DNA from: an uncultured Ruminococcus sp.
Lineage (GTDB): Bacteria > Bacillota > Clostridia > Oscillospirales > CAG-382
Assembly: GCA_964402515.1 (NCBI GenBank)
Contig: CAYOCM010000002.1
Span: 4,669-68,668, forward strand
DNA: 64,000 nucleotides
Direction of reading: 5' to 3'
Made by a program: the position numbers and the translations under genes. Shown here piece by piece: positions 63,137-64,000 of this stretch (positions are counted from its first letter, which is position 1; each line of letters begins with the position of its first letter). Below the pieces are notes generated by a model. It was not told the origin of the DNA. It did not search any database and was given only the letters and a program-made list of their open reading frames with translations.

Positions 63137-64000
63137 ATGAAAACTCTTCTCAAATTATCGACAAAATCGGCTTTTAAAACCAAAAACGGCATTTGGGTGA
63201 TAGTGGGAATAGCGCTGTCGGCCGTAATATTGACGGTTGTTTGTTCAACATGGCAGATGCTTATCGACTTTGAAGATCTGATAGTATACGATATCATCGC
63301 ATCAAAAGGCAATTATACCGTCGCAGAAACGACTTCTCTTATAAAAACATATCCGCCTCGCGTGCAGATATGTAACATTGCCGTGATTTTTTGCGTCGTT
63401 TCGTCTTGTGTCGCCGCCGCAATCGTCTACGGTTCGATGCACGCAAAAAAGAACGAGTTGACAAAAACCGTTTCGTTGCTTTCTTGTCTCGGTATAAAAC
63501 CTCGTCAAAAAACTGTATTTCTGCTGTTGCAGGCAATGTTACCTTTTTGTGTTGCGTTTCCGATAGGAACAGTGTCGGGTATGCTGATAGCAAAACTCAT
63601 GCTTGATGATTTTAACGGCAAAGTGTGCAACCCCATGGGATACGATAACATTGCGTTTTTAGGCGACCGTATTGCTTTTTATATTGCGCTGATATTTGCT
63701 TTGTGCGCACTGTCTGTGCTTGCGGCAGCAGCAACGTTTGCCGCGCATGTTTCAAAGCACTCGCCGATAGTGACGTCTCGTTTTTACGGCAAAATCAATG
63801 TGTCGCTGAAAGAAACCCGCATCGACAAGCATTTGCAAAGCAAATACAAGATTTGCGCAAAATTGGGAAAATCAAATTATTATAACAACAAAGCAAAATA
63901 CCGAATTTTTGCGATAATAATTTCTTGCGCTTCTTTTTTGTGCGTTTCGTTGTCACTGTCGCGGCGTTATTTGGCGCAGGGTAAAATATCGTCAAACGCA
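63137..64000 (+). CDS. FtsX-like ABC transporter permease (5' partial; runs off the window)
   Basis: My manual translation from ATG 63137 stays open to position 64000. It begins MKTLLKLSTKSAFKTKNGIWVIVGIALSAVIL and contains ...LLSCLGIKPRQKTVFLLLQAMLPF, an FtsX-domain-like segment. It is absent from the ORF track because no stop is reached. Confidence 0.55.
   Translation, partial: MKTLLKLSTKSAFKTKNGIWVIVGIALSAVILTVVCSTWQMLIDFEDLIVYDIIASKGNYTVAETTSLIKTYPPRVQICNIAVIFCVVSSCVAAAIVYGSMHAKKNELTKTVSLLSCLGIKPRQKTVFLLLQAMLPFCVAFPIGTVSGMLIAKLMLDDFNGKVCNPMGYDNIAFLGDRIAFYIALIFALCALSVLAAAATFAAHVSKHSPIVTSRFYGKINVSLKETRIDKHLQSKYKICAKLGKSNYYNNKAKYRIFAIIISCASFLCVSLSLSRRYLAQGKISSNA

Noticed and set aside
1-64000. 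A whole-window check for CRISPR arrays, tRNA or rRNA genes, transposases, integrases, prophage genes and recognisable defence systems.
   Set aside because: I found none. There are no direct-repeat/spacer arrays, no cloverleaf-like or rRNA-like segments, and no ORF with recombinase, nuclease-helicase or toxin-antitoxin signatures.

Overview
This 64-kb window looks like the chromosome of a spore-forming Clostridia member. Spo0A, YtfI/YtfJ, a GerA-family protein, a DUF1540 protein and PdaA-like deacetylases are all present. A dockerin-bearing enzyme suggests a Ruminococcaceae/Oscillospiraceae-like lineage, but that is inference only. I call about 60 protein-coding genes and found no rRNA, tRNA, CRISPR array, transposase or integrase. 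Most of the window is conserved housekeeping: rplS-lepB-rbgA-rnhB-yraN-thrC; coaW; a GlpA-like/FAD-oxidoreductase/DUF1667 trio; proS; fur-ygiQ; spo0A; miaB; scpAB-ytfIJ-rluB; yhbY-yqeK-rsfS-leuS; glyQS; secG. Cell-envelope and surface genes are interspersed among these. The strongest lead is at 13.2-15.5 kb. It is a patchily AT-rich, self-contained module encoding a 698-aa type-IV-prepilin-like protein with four tandem Cys3-His modules. Its near-consensus promoter sits on a 122-bp cassette bracketed by two perfect 26-bp lox-like sites (10-bp arms, 7-nt asymmetric core) in inverted orientation. This makes it a candidate invertible (phase-variable) promoter, with no recombinase in the window. 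Other leads are: a minus-strand gene string containing two ABC exporters with matching N-terminal domain plus zinc-ribbon extensions around a DUF1854 gene, running without a break into glyQS; a PBP5/S11-fold protein with all three catalytic motifs degenerate; an orphan GerA-type subunit coupled to an unrecognised 6-TM protein; and a translationally coupled trio of unrecognised small proteins. All family assignments come from reading motifs in the supplied translations. No searches were run.
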